Notes: generated from the letters alone by a model not told the origin. 64,000 nt of DNA from Callorhinchus milii (GCF_018977255.1 NW_024704742.1:37574001-37638000); one strand, 5' to 3'; counted from the first letter of the stretch, positions 48,756 to 61,930 are shown. Numbers and translations are program-made.

Positions 48756-50194
48756 GTGAGTCGCAATGGTAAACCATTTTATAGTTTTATCTATTTCATT
48801 TTATAAGACAGTGTAAAGTAGACATTAAGATAGGACTAAGGGGAGCTGGAGGTACTTTCTGTACAGGCTACTCTTACATTTGTATAACTCTTTAAAGAAA
48901 GCGTTGTGTTTAATTCTGTTTCATATCTATTATCCATTGGAGGCTGACTATTTTGAATCTCCACTTGCACCAGAACTGACCTCTTTTCACTACCACAGTA
49001 GTTAGGACTCCTGGAGCTTTTTATCTGTAATTGCCTCAACTAGGAAAAGTCAGTGGTGTCTGAGAACGCAGCACAACTCAGTTGCCAGTTTTTTCAAGCG
49101 TGAGAAGAGTGTTGTGCAAGGGAGAGAGAGAGAGTAAAAGTAAAGAGATTATTTCAACCAGTTATGTTAGGATAGAGTCACTCAACCTGATTTTGGAGCA
49201 AAATCCAAATGGTTGAATTTAACTTATGTATAAATCCCTCCAAAAACCAAAAACAATAATAAATTGGTCATTTTCAATCTACAACTGTTTGTGGGACATT
49301 GCTGTGTGCAATTGGCTGCCACGTTCGCCTACAAATATACAGTCAATTCACTTTACAGTATATTCTGTGAAGCGCTTTGGGACGTCCTCCTGACGTGAAA
49401 AGCGCTATATCAAATGCAAGGATTATTATTATTATATTATTGATGGTTCAATGGATGAATGCAGTGCATTGTGCGATACTTAGCCTTAGAGACCAGAAAA
49501 AAGTGACTTCAATGCCCTTGGGCTAGGGTGGAGTTGCATAGAGTGATGCACACAAAATTAGGATATCTGATCCAAAGGTTTGTATCTATGTTTATACAAC
49601 ACACAAGCTCCCAGCCATTCTATTCATTCTCCTAAAGCACTCTATTCCCTTCTCCCTCATATATGCGGAAGTCGAGGAAAATCAGACAGGATTCTCACTC
49701 TCCTATGATCCCTATTAGAAAGTGCACATGAACAGTTGTGGGGATGTAAGATTAGGCTCGGCTGTCATGCATTGTGAGTTTGGACAGTTTGCTGCCGATT
49801 GCTACATAGACTTTCACAAGGAGAATGCCCACTGGAGTGAGGTAGGTATCAGTGGGCAAACAGTGTCTGTGAGGAGAGCAAGCAAGAATTATATTTTTGG
49901 TTTTGGGAACAAAAACATAATTCGTAGAGAGATGTGTATTAATAGGATATTCAGCTAGATGGGACATTATATTAACTGTATGTTTCCTCTGAATTTAGAA
50001 GATCAATTTATTCATTTAATTGCAGAAAAAACACATCTATTACCAGAAAGGGCTAACACACTCATCAAGTTACATGATAACCTTGGCACTGAAAATGTAC
50101 AAAAAGATAATTTGATAATAAAACAATGTAACTACAGAAATGGTTATGGTGATGTAATTTGTGTTTTCTGATGGTATTCTGTTGTATATTTTAG

Positions 50195-50223
50195 GTTCTG
50201 TCTGTTAACCGGACACTGAACAA
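50195..50223 (+). CDS. NAAA: NAAA exon 9 (29 nt)
   Basis: ttag|VLSVNRTLN(N)|gtgagt; phases fit the neighbouring exons. Confidence 0.88.
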
Positions 50224-50956
50224 GTGAGTATTGCACTAAGCTTATTTTGAATAAATTGTTGAAAGGTGTACCGCAGGCAATGCACAATACTAGATGCTAC
50301 TGCACTCTTACACATTGAATATGAGGCACTTTGTTTAAAAGTTATAAAGTAATGGACTTATATGAGCACAAAAGTGGAAGGAAATCCTATTGTATAAGGG
50401 ATGTAGTTGGCAGTTTTAAGCATTCTGAGACATTATCGTTGGTAAAGGCTGCCATGTTAATGCAAGTTATCGTTGTTGGTAGTAGTTGTGTAAATAGCAT
50501 ATGTATTGCTGTTGAGTAAATGCTACTCTTTACATTTTCACAAATTATCAGCAACTTTACTCCCACTCTTGCCATCACCACAATATTTCTTATTCCTTGG
50601 GACCCGCTGTTTTACCACATACCTACAATCCTGATGTTCATCTATAGATACTTTATATTTCACAAGATCATGAGAGGTTCAGCTGAACCTCAGTCTTTGA
50701 CTGCTGTTTCAATCATCTTCGCCCACCCCTCAGCTCCCAACCCCAGCTTGGGTGCCAAGCCAGGACTGTTAAGTGCCTTGGGACGTCTTCCTGATGTGAA
50801 AGACGCTATATAAATATAAAATTGTGTTGTGAAACAGATCCTTTGGCTCATTTGACCTAATCTTTCCAAAATGTCGACCCCACCATATTCTTATCACAAC
50901 ATCAATTAATTTCTTAAATGAGTCCTGGTATGAATCCAATAAATACTTGCTGGTAA

Positions 50957-51168
50957 ACAAAATGCAAAATTCCACAGATGCTGGAAAGCTGAAACAAAAA
51001 CAGAAGTCGCTGGGAACACTCAGAAGGTCAGGCAGCATCTATGGAGAAAGGAAAGTGAGTCGACGATTCGGGTCGAAGTTCTGACGAAGGGTCGTGGACC
51101 CGAACCGTTGACTCACTTTCCTTTCTCCATAGATGCTGCCTGACTTGCTGAGTGTTGCCAGCGACTTC
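50957..51168. mobile_element. Palindromic Penelope pLTR-derived insertion
   Basis: ~72-bp inverted arms; 15-bp TSD aatacttgctggtaa at 50942-50956 and 51169-51183. Confidence 0.88.
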
Positions 51169-52612
51169 AATACTTGCTGGTAATTTATCCCAGCTGTTGA
51201 TCATCCTCTGTGTGTATTAAAAAAATACTCCTGGTGTGAATCCTAAAATTGCTCTTTCAAACTCTGAACCTTTGCTTTGTTGTCCTGCTTATTAGTTTTG
51301 TTCTGAGTTTGATTTCTCCTTCCTGCCCATTTGTTGCAGAGCCGGTGGTTTGTTGCAACATTCCTGTTCTCCCTTAAGCTCATTATCTCCCAGGCTTTCA
51401 GGCATATTTATTTTTCTGCTTTGCATTGCTGCTTCGGATCGGCTGCTAATCTCCACTTGGTTACAAGGGACAGGATTGCAAGGGGAGGGGGATATGTCAT
51501 CTGTTCGTTTAGGTGTTTGAATGATACTATCAGCTGTTATTAATATTTTGTGTATTTCTCCTTGTAATAAAACATCTCAGATCTTTGAGTAAAAAGAGAA
51601 AAATGCTACATTTATATAATTAATTGGATCCGTTTTCAATTGAACAAAAGTAGATAATTGACGGTTCTCCTATGTTAGATAACAACGGTTTACATTAACA
51701 TAGTAGGATTTCACATGAGGAAGACATCTCAATACAACTAAATAGTTGTACTATACTGGATGCACCACAAGCATGTCCCTGCAACATACTGACTCCAAAC
51801 AGGATTAGAGAGGAGTTTACATAGACTTACACTGAATGTACAGCACGAAAATAGGCCATGTGTCGCAACTAGTCCGTGCGAGTGTTTATACTTCACATGA
51901 GTTTCCACCCACTCCTTACTCCTTCCTGTTATCTTCCATTCCCTTCCCCCTCGTGTATATACAGAAAACTCCTGATAACTCTTCAGTCCAAGGAAAGGGG
52001 TTCAGTGACAAGTTATCCAGAGTGATGAGTTAGGCATATGTATAAATGCATAATTGAATGCAGTTAGAATATTTGATGGCATGATGACAAGTTAAGAAAG
52101 GTCAAGTTATCAGGAACTTACTGTATCTAGTTTCCTCTTAAACTACTATATCTAGTTTCCTCTGTTTCTTCCAATGCTTTGTCCAGTGAATTCCACATTT
52201 TCATTCCCTTCTGCATGAAGTAGTTCCTCCTAAATTCTCTTTTAGATCTCCTAGTCACTATCGTATACTTTGTCCCCTGGTTACAGACTCCCAACAAATC
52301 GGATCAGCCTATTTATGCTAACAATATTGAACCTTTTTATGATTATGAACACCTCTATTAGGTCCCCTCTTAAACCTCACAATTTGAGAATCTGAACATG
52401 TATATACAGTGCATCAAATAAAAAATGCATTGTTTAAAGTGCCCTGTGTTCTACGAGGCATTCAGTACGGTCTCTTAACTACTATTGTTATGATAAGCAG
52501 ATTCACTAAATTAAACGATGGCATTTGTGAACAGATAACTATTGTATTATGCTTGAAATGTGCAGTAAAAGAAAACGTGGCAATATTTTCCAAACTGCTG
52601 TTTTAATTTCAG

Positions 52613-52700
52613 CTCTACTATCTATACAACTGTGATGAGTGCTGCTCAACCAGATAAGTATAGGACCTCAGTACGCACATGCAACAGAACATTTTGTTAG
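52613..52700 (+). CDS. NAAA: NAAA last coding exon
   Basis: STIYTTVMSAAQPDKYRTSVRTCNRTFC-TAG; spliced CDS totals 1059 nt (352 aa). Confidence 0.95.
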
Positions 52701-53622
52701 TCAACGGTAAGTCAAGTTGAATCGTGTATCAATTTAGATATTTTATTTAATTTGAATATTGTAGGATATTATTTTTAATCTTTTTGTTCTATTCTTTCTG
52801 TTTACTGGACTGAAGGTTTTTCATAAGCGCTATTGCAAGATCCACGAACATTCTTCCTCACTATGAAAGTCTGGGTGTCTACACTGAGTCTGAGAACAAG
52901 AGAATCGAAGAATATTACGTTGCTTCTGTCTTATTTCCTTTGCTTGACATTTATTTTTTTCCAACTCTTTTACAACAAGATTATGATAAACAACTCTTTT
53001 ACATTGTAAAAGGTACAGTGTCACACACTCCACCCTGTATATATTCTAACACTGTTACCTATAAGGTATCAAAAGGTATAGGTATCATTGTTACCTATCA
53101 TACGTTGCTTTTCCCTCAGCTTTTTGGTGTAGAAAATGAACACATTTTATATTGGATTACAAGTGGTAATTTTGGAGCAAATTTTGGAGTAAAGAGAGAT
53201 TTAACTACTTCTATTTCAAATAACGCAGTTGTTATGAACTGTTTAATATGGTAAAAATGGTTGTATATTTTTCAATCTGCAGAAGATATTTGATATCCAG
53301 CTTTAACATTACTTGATCTTTGACAGCAATTTGTACAAGCCTACAAAATATGTCCAGCAGGCAATATTTATTGCCAAGCTTTGTGAGCACATTCAGCACA
53401 TGTGGTTTTGTCCTGTAAAGGGGTCTGATTTGTGGAATTCCTCTGTGACGTGGATTTCTTATTGAAAGAGATATTACAACTTAGACTCTAAAATGCGAAA
53501 GGAATTGGAAACAGTGCTGTTATAACTTTAAAGTTATTTTATTAACAGACCTTTAATGTGAGAACAAAAAGCTTTTTATAAAATATTTTTTGAATATAAT
53601 ATAATCCATACAATATAATCCA

Positions 53623-53628
53623 AATAAA
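53623..53628 (+). terminator. Candidate NAAA poly(A) signal
   Basis: AATAAA in AT-rich context ~0.9 kb after the stop. Confidence 0.45.
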
Positions 53629-55129
53629 AATATATAAAATTTTTAAAGAATGTCTGATGAACCCTTTTCCAAAAGTCAACTGCAGCAAAACAAACCATTA
53701 CAACTTTGTACATACGATTTATTGGGTTTACATTATTCTCACAGAATTCCGGTTATTCACTGACTGGTTTCATACATTAATTTATAACACCAACTTGTAT
53801 TTACGTAGCACCCTTCATGTTGGATGTGTGTGAGGGCACATTCTTGGAATGCTTTACAGTGACGGGATCTGATGCTGATCAGGAAGGAGTGAAGGGGGAA
53901 ACGGGGGTGACCGTAGGAAGAGGTAGGTTTTAAGGCAGGAGCTGAAGACACAGAGATGGGGTGAGATGGAGAGTTAGAGGCAGTTCCAGAAGTTAGGGGC
54001 ATAGAATCCAACAGATAGTGTAGGGGAGGTACCGCAAACCAGTTAGCCAAGCAGAGGAGTGGGGTAGGACATTGGAGAAAAAGTGAAGTGCTAGAACATG
54101 AAGAGATTTATTGGTTTCTAAAGATGAGGATCTTGAGATAATCCAGTGCTTGTCAGTGGCAAGAGGGGGTCAGATTTCAACCAAACTCTATAAAAACACT
54201 GAATAGTCCCGTTATGGCTTTCTGCAAGGCTAATTATTGTACTGTTATTGTAGCAATCCTTGAAGAAGGAAGGGGGTGGTTTATGCTTGCTGCAACATTG
54301 ATGATTATAGATACCAGTATTTTACCCATCGGTTGGTTTTGCTCACTTAAGATAGAATTTACCATTATAATTGTCTAATTTAGCCAATTGAAGCTAAACT
54401 CTTTCTTTGCCACATTGTGGCAAGATATTAAAGCAGTGGTAGCCAACCCATGGTCTGCGTGCCCAAAGTGGTTTCCTGAACATTCGCATAGTCCAGTCGA
54501 GTTTATCTTAAATCAATGTTTTGTTTCCAGTAGATACTGAGTGGCGATGTTTATGGTTTAGCCATCAATTAAGACATATTCAATCCTAAACATTTATTTT
54601 GTTGGCTGACCAGAAAGGTCACTTTATTAAATTAATTTATTTATTATTCACCACTGTATTAAAGTAAATAGGCTACCACGGTCCTCTAGAAAATACAGTC
54701 TCTACACTTTATAAATTTAGTTAATCCTCTGAAGCACTTTGAAGGTGAAAGGAGCCATATCAAATGCAAGCATCATTATTATTTCTGTTCGGAGTTGAAG
54801 GGGAATGTGATTGGAGTGCCGGGTAGTTTATGTTGAAGCACTTTGTGCTCTATGCATCTCAAAGGTCATAGTATCAAACAGCCATCCTGTGAAGAAACAT
54901 CCATCACTAGTCAGGATTCTGAGGGTTAACAGATGGTGTACACACAGAGCTCGTCAGGGACGGAGTGCACTTGAGGGACTGAATGTCCTTTTCACGAATG
55001 AACCAATAAAACAGTGCTATGGACTGAGTGATGGGTTTCAGTACATTGATCAAGAAAATACAGATTGTATTATTTTTCCAGAATCAATGCTGTTAAAAAG
55101 TATTTGCAGTAGGAAAATTCAAAAATAAT

Positions 55130-55200
55130 TGCATTGGCCGGGAATCGAACCCGGGCCTCCCGCGTGGCAGGCGAGAATTCTACCACTGAACCACCAATGC
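55130..55200 (-). tRNA. tRNA-Gly (GCC)
   Basis: GCATTGGTGGTTCAGTGGTAGAATTCTCGCCTGCCACGCGGGAGGCCCGGGTTCGATTCCCGGCCAATGCA; T5 terminator downstream. Confidence 0.98.
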
Positions 55201-56893
55201 AATCCATATAAAATATCTTTTATTTTTTTGCTGACATTCATGATTTTAAATTCTATAATCATCAATGTTGCAGCAAGCATTTTTCATTCAAACTTAGGAA
55301 AAGGGAACTCCTTTGAGGTCAAACTTTATTCCCTTTCAAACAGAATTTATTTGTACGCAGTTAACAGTAGAAGTCCTGAGGCCTCGGAAAGTTTTAAAAT
55401 GCATGAATTGCAAACTTGAAGTTTTGCACTCCATTTGGTAATTGTCTAGACTTTGGTAACAAGTGCTAATAAGCATTGAGCTAAAGGTTGCACAAGTGAA
55501 AGAAGCCCAGTTTTATTTTGAGGAGAATGGGATGGTACTTCATGCAATTGGGTAAGTTGTTCTTGAAATAAACTAACCAGCAAGTCTGAGAATAAAGTGC
55601 AACCATTAAATATTACTACCATTATTGGTAGTGTTGTAATTTTTTTAAATCAAAGTTATCTTAGTTCAGTTAGAAAATCAACTTGAGTTATTAATATCCC
55701 GCCAGGAGCTGCACAATCAGTAGGTTGTGCCATGTCTCAAAGGGACATTTTCGTTCCTGCTGCAGATTGAAATATGAAACGTTGGTACCATCCAGAGGCT
55801 GGAATGTCCTTAAATTCATTCAGTCACACAGTGAAATCTGCTTAGAATAAGCTCACAATAAATATAGCCAGGTGAAATCAGAGAGCACATTTCTTACAAT
55901 CATATTAAATATTGTTGGATGCAGTAATCAGCTGTGCTTAAAGAGCAATCAAGATAGCTTTAGTAATAATGATGGTAAAAGTTCTGTTTGGGGGTACTTA
56001 CCAGTGGAGTTAATAATAATCCTTGTGCTTGATATGGCTCCTTTCAGGTAGCAGTTCTTTCAACTCATTGTGTCTACCACTGCAACCTGTATTATCACAC
56101 CTTATTATTAATTCCACTTTCCAGCTTTTCCTTAATATTTTGACTGCTCAGGTGCTTGTGTTGCTCTCCACCTCCCTTGCAAATTATTCTATTCACCCAG
56201 CCGCCGTCGTCTGGGTTAAGGGGCTGCCTCCACTTGTCCGTCTCCGGCCTCCTCCTTTTCCCCTGGACCCTCCTCCCCACCATCGGCAACCATGCTTTCA
56301 GCCACTAAGCCCATGGAACTCTCTCCTTCAATCCCTTCGTCTTGCCGCCTCTCTCCACATTTTCAGGTTGCGCTTGAAGACCGTCCTCTTTGATAGTGCC
56401 TACGATCACCTTCCCCTCCTCCAGGCTCGGCATCGGGCTCCGCCACTGTTAAGCGCTCCAAGACACCAGCCAACATGAAGGGCGTTATATAAATGCAAGT
56501 CTTTGTTAATGAATTTCACCTTTAACATCACTCTGAGGAAAGGAATTGCTTCTCTGCTTTTGCCATCAATCCTGACACTGTGATTGCTGTTTAGTTTTCA
56601 CATTACGTTTACCTTTTTGCTGACTACCTGACTTGGAAAGCCAGTCTTTCGAGACGAACATCAATGAGTTTACCCAATTGAAGCGAAAGGTTAAGTCTCC
56701 AGTTTCACGAGCCCCTGGAGAGTAGGTTTTGAGCTGCCTGCTTAATCACAGAATACAATCTGTAACTTATGAGATGTGATCAAAGGTCAAATTCACCAGA
56801 TGTTAGCGTGCTGCAGAGGTGAAAGCAAAGCAATTAAACTAACAGTGCAAGAAACATCAAAAGCAACTTTTATCCTTGGGTAAAAAAATTCAC

Positions 56894-56964
56894 TGCATTG
56901 GCCGGGAATCGAACCCGGGCCTCCCGCGTGGCAGGCGAGAATTCTACCACTGAACCACCAATGC
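56894..56964 (-). tRNA. tRNA-Gly (GCC)
   Basis: Identical 71-nt body; T7 terminator. Confidence 0.98.
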
Positions 56965-58049
56965 AATTGATGGAAAAGAGCTTCTCTGTATAGCTGAAAT
57001 AACTTTGTGTGCTTGCATCCCACTTGTTTATTGCTGACTTATAACATAATCAATCACAGGAAGAGAAAAGAGAGTTGATCTCTTCCTCTCCTTCACAAAC
57101 AACAGAATGCACAATACAATTAACTGCAACAAAATAAGGGGAACCAAAAAACAAGAAAATACTGTGGACATTTTAAGAGGTGATTGAGAATAGAACAAGA
57201 ACAAGTTGCATTTACAGAGCGCCTTTCACATTGAGAGGATGTGGTGAAGTCAAAGGAATGAGAAACTAGGTTTAAAATCTCCAAATACAGATGAAACCAG
57301 TTCAATAATGACTCATGAGGTTACTGAGTGGGAGAGAGGGGGTGGGGTGACTGAGAAGACAGAAGTCAGCGTCAGGATGTTTTCCACTTGATGTTGTGAA
57401 TAAAGCAAATGAACGCGGAAACAAGCTGCGTGATTGATGGTCACTGTTATTGTGGAATCTTGGCATTCCCTCTGCTGCACGTCCCCCGTTGTCCCACTGC
57501 TGTGGGCAGAGAATTGTCACTATACCTCTGTTCTCAACAATTCTCTGCCAAAATCCATCTGACTCTCACCCACCCTTTCAAAACCGTTCAAAAAACTTAC
57601 CTCTTTGACCTGTACATTTGTTCATCTCCCCTCCCCTCCCCCGGGCTCGGATTCTTACCTTGCTCGGATTTCCATTACATCCCTGTAAAACAGTTTTACG
57701 TGAAAGACGCTATATAAGTGCAACTTGTTGTTTCTGCTAAGATTGCGTCCACATTCAAGTGGCTTGAGTATGAGAATAGAAGAGAGGAAACAAGCAGATA
57801 TTTGAGAATAGTAGATTCGAACACCTTAAGGCGGGGTAGGTTCGAATGAAGAAACCCATCACAATGGCTCATTCAATCTTCCTGCAAACTCAATTACATA
57901 GAATTAATTGCATTGAACGTGACTGCATGGAAACAAGCCACACAGTCTGTGCCAGTGTTTGTTCCTCACGTAAGCCTAATCCCCTCTCCTTTAACTCTCT
58001 ATTCTCTTCTTCCCTGTGTTTGCATGAAGTTTCCTCATAAAAGCACTGA

Positions 58050-60300
58050 TTTTGTTTAAACAAAATATATATATTTAATTGTTGATATATATTTACGTTT
58101 GTCTCAGACAGTATCAAACCTGTTACAGATAAGAAGACTCAACACGTTGTTATCCCGTTACAGAATGCCACAGACCCGGCCCCTTGTGGCGGGGTGAGGG
58201 TTGGCGGGGGTTGTTGCCCACTTTGGTGGAGGGACCAAGGGTTTTGCCACCCTTTGCAGGGCTCAGTTACAAATGGGGCCTTGTACCCCGCCCCTCCCTA
58301 TCCCTCCCCTCTTCGTGGGGAGTGTGGACAGTTTCACAGCACACGGGTTGTGTGCACAATTTTTTGGGACGCTCCCTTTAAGACAGTCGGGAATCACGCC
58401 TGCGTGCACTACATCCATGTGCGCGCCCGCACACACCCTGATAAGGCGCACTTGCTGCTTTCAGAAAGTGCCCCGATGTGCACCAAATCGCGCCAACACA
58501 AACCCAGACACATACCCTATATACCCAAAACGTCCCACTCCTGTCACCACGGCGTCTCTGCTGGGGTTCAGTTCCCCTTTATCTACAGAGAGCAGTTACA
58601 CGGGTGGGCTCGTTGTGACTCTGCCTTCCTTTTACAGGACGGTGTGCCTTTACCTCACTCCCTGCTGCTGCCCCCTTTATGGGGGTGGGGGTTGGAGGCA
58701 GATAGACACGTATACATTTTCGGGACGCTGTTTGTTTACATCTCCTGCGTCCCTCTGTACATTTAAAGGTTACACACATGTTTATTCACAGTTTTGGGTG
58801 TACTCGTGGATTACCTGGTGATCGCTCCCTGAGGTCTCCCTCTCAGTGGTAGAGACCCTGGTGCGTGGGGATGTGATGCCGATGCCAGCTCGGCTAGCCA
58901 GGAGCGGCTCTGGCCATGGTCAGGCCCCATCTGGCGTTTGCCACGCTGAGCCGAACTTCAGGGTGTCCCTCAGTACGTAGCCCCTGATCCTAGCGTGTGC
59001 AACAACAACAACAACAACAAGATTCCATTTATTGAGCGCCTTTCACGTCGGGAGGACGTCCCAAGGCGCTGGACAGTTGGGTCAGGACCCGAGCAGGGGG
59101 GAAATGGTCAGGGTGAGGGGAGGGAAGGGAGGGAGCGAGGAGGGGGTAGAGAGTCGAGAGGGGAGCTGAAGGCACGGTCAAAGAGAAAGGTCTTGAGACC
59201 GGCCTTGAAGGAGGAAAGGGAGGAGGCGGCGAAGGCACTGGGGGATGGAGTTCCAGAGCCTCGGGGCTGAGAGGCTGAAGGCCCGACCACCAATGGTAGG
59301 GCGGTTGGGGCGGGGGATGTGGAGCAGACCGGAGCCAGAGGAACGGAGGGTAGGGGCAGGTAGGTAGGGGGATAGTAGGTCAGAGAGGTAGGAGGGAGCG
59401 AGGCTGTGAATGGCCTTGTAGGTGAGGATGAGGATCTTGAATTTGATCCTCTGGGGGATGGGGAGCCAGTGGAGGCGAGCGAGGGTGGGAGTGATGTGGT
59501 CCCGAAGCCTGGTGCGGGACAGTACACGAGCTGCAGAGTTCTGAATGACCTGCAGCTTGTGGAGGGAGGTGCCGGGAAGGCCGGCGAGGAGAGAGTTCCC
59601 ATAGTCCAGCCTTGAGGTGATAAAGGCGTGGACCAGAGTTTCAGCCGGATGAGGTAGTGCCGCAGTCTGGCGACATTCCGGAGGTGATGCAAGCCTGAGG
59701 CTGACTGTCTCTGTCACCTCGTTCCGCCAGAAGACCACCAGATTTCGGGAGTGCCAAAGGGCCTCCTTCACCGAGTTGATGATCCTCCAGGCACACTCGA
59801 TGCGGGTCTCCCTGTGGGTGCCACAGAAGAGGCCGTACTACAGCACCGTGACAGTGGGTCCCCAGGGACGAACTGTGAGAGCCATCATTTCATCTGTTTC
59901 CAAACCATCTTCGCGTACCGCCACTCTAGGAAGAGGTGGTCCACGGTCTCATGGCCTCTATAGTCGGCCCGAGGGCAGTGCTGCAACCGGCCCAGACCTC
60001 AAAAGTGCATGAAAGCTCTGAGGAGGAGGGTCCTTTTTATCGCCAGCCAGGCCGTGTCCTGATGGTTGTTGTACAGGGCTGATGACGAGGCGTTCTGCCA
60101 GGTGAGGCTGGCAGTCGCTGCAGGGTACCCCCCGATCAGGTCTGCCCTCTCCCCCTTTTCTAACGGTTTTGACAACTTGCCGCGCAAACCATTCAGTGAT
60201 TGCGCAGGGGTCTGGGATGGTGCTCTTCAGATATTTCTCTGGATAGGATAGGTATTTCGGCACGCTCCAACTGTGTGGAACGTTTCGAGGCAGTTCTACG
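58050..60300 (-). mobile_element. Tx1/L1-clade LINE 3' portion (zf-RVT region and 3' UTR), interrupted by L2 at ~58999-59690
   Basis: LPRNVPHSWSVPKYLSYPEK, WQNASSSALYNNHQDTAWL, HETVDHLFLE, KEALWHSRNLVVF..RLA|HARIRGYVLRD; AT-rich tail near 58050-58090. Confidence 0.85.
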
Positions 60301-60964
60301 TTGATGGAGTTAATCCATCAACACGTGTTGCTTGAGGGCATCACGTGTTGATGGATTATTGAGTCCTAGACCTGTGAGTACGTGACTAGTCACATTTCGC
60401 ACGCGTAATTCACTGAAGCCAGTAAGTGCACAGAAAGTAGTTTGTCACTGCAGCTCAAAAAGGGCATGCAGCGATAGGTCAAGACTACATTTCTCACGAT
60501 TCAATGCGTCTTGACTTGTCACTGCATTCACATTTACCGGCAAGCTTTGGAATTGCATTGAGTCACGGGAAATGAAGATCTTCTGCGCATGCATTGACAA
60601 ATCAAGACTATGTTTCCTTCGATTCAGTGCTGCCGGCTGGTAACTGCGATTAAGGTTTTGATAGGAAACTGAATAGGAATGTAGCAAATATACATCTTAA
60701 GCAATTATACAATTTATAAAGATGTTTTACTGTACATAACAAAACTTAATTTGTATTTCCCTTAGTGGAGTAGTGGATAAAGGCACTGAGTAGTAGATAT
60801 GTTGGTTGCAGGTTCAAATCCAGGTCTGTGCTTAGGTGAGTAATTGTGAGGTAATATTACAATTGGCATCAATATTTTAAGGCAAGTAACCAAAAAACGA
60901 GACAAGATTGTCATCCATTCTGGCATTTTTCTACACTGTAAAATTCTGATTTCTTAAACCACCT

Positions 60965-61212
60965 TGACTCCCCTCTCGACTCTCTTCCCCCTCCTCGCTC
61001 CCTCCCTTCCCTCCCCTCACCCTGACCATTTCCCCCCCTCCTTGCTCCCTCCCTTCCCTCCCCTCACCCTGACCATTTCCCCCCTCCTCGCTCCCTCCCT
61101 TCCCTCCCCTCACCATTTCCCCCCTGCTCGGGTCATGACCCAACTGTGCAGCGCCTTGGGACGTCCTCCTGACGTGAAAGGCGCTTTATAAATGGAATCT
61201 TGTTGTTGTTGT
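60965..61212 (+). mobile_element. Young L2 3' end with triplicated ~40-bp unit
   Basis: cctcccttccctcccctcaccctgaccatttccccc x3, then stem-loop and (gtt)n. Confidence 0.85.
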
Positions 61213-61859
61213 CGAAGGGGTTATAGAGGAAAAAGTGAGGAAATGGCATTAGATTGCTGTGAATTCAGAAGTTGTTAGAACAGGCTGGATGGGATGAATG
61301 GTCTCCTGCTGTTCCTGTTTCACTGGCTTTACTGCCTCCTCTGGGTGTGGGCTTTAACCTGTGCAGGGCAAAACCTTAGGCAAGTTGCCTTACTCCACAC
61401 GCCTCTGTTTACCTAGCAATAAGTAGGAACATGATTGTTAGTCGATTGGCGAATCGCTTTCTGGGGGTAATAATCCCACTCAATCCACTAGCTAACTAAT
61501 CAGAGAGACAGGGAAATGATTGCAAATGGATACGGAAATCAATAAATGAGGAACCCAAATTACTAAAATATAGAAATAAAATGAAAACAAATCATTGATC
61601 TGAGGTTGTTTAGAGGCTGAGAAGACAGACTCAGAACATTTTCCAGTTGGTATTCTCAGTAAAGTGGAAGCTTGTGTTAGACAGTGATTGTGTGTAGTTG
61701 CTGTGATTACTTCCAGAAGGGAGTGTGCTTTCCAAATGCAGAGAATATGAGAACAAAAACGAAAATGAGGGGAAGTTACAGAATTGGAGCAGTGACCAGC
61801 TCAACACTGACTGTGTTTAAATAAATTATGGATGAGCAGGAGTTTGCAAAAAGTTAGTC

Positions 61860-61930
61860 TGCATTGGCCGGGAATCGAACCCTGGCCTCCCGCGTGGCAG
61901 GCGAGAATTCTACCACTGAACCACCAATGC
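61860..61930 (-). tRNA. tRNA-Gly (GCC), T-stem variant
   Basis: One substitution at 61883 (T-stem CCGGG to CAGGG); T5 terminator. Confidence 0.9.

Noticed and set aside
58108..58136. Faint resemblance to U2 snRNA (ttcttatc...tgatac on -)
   Set aside because: Only two short words match, and it lies within the Tx1 3' UTR.
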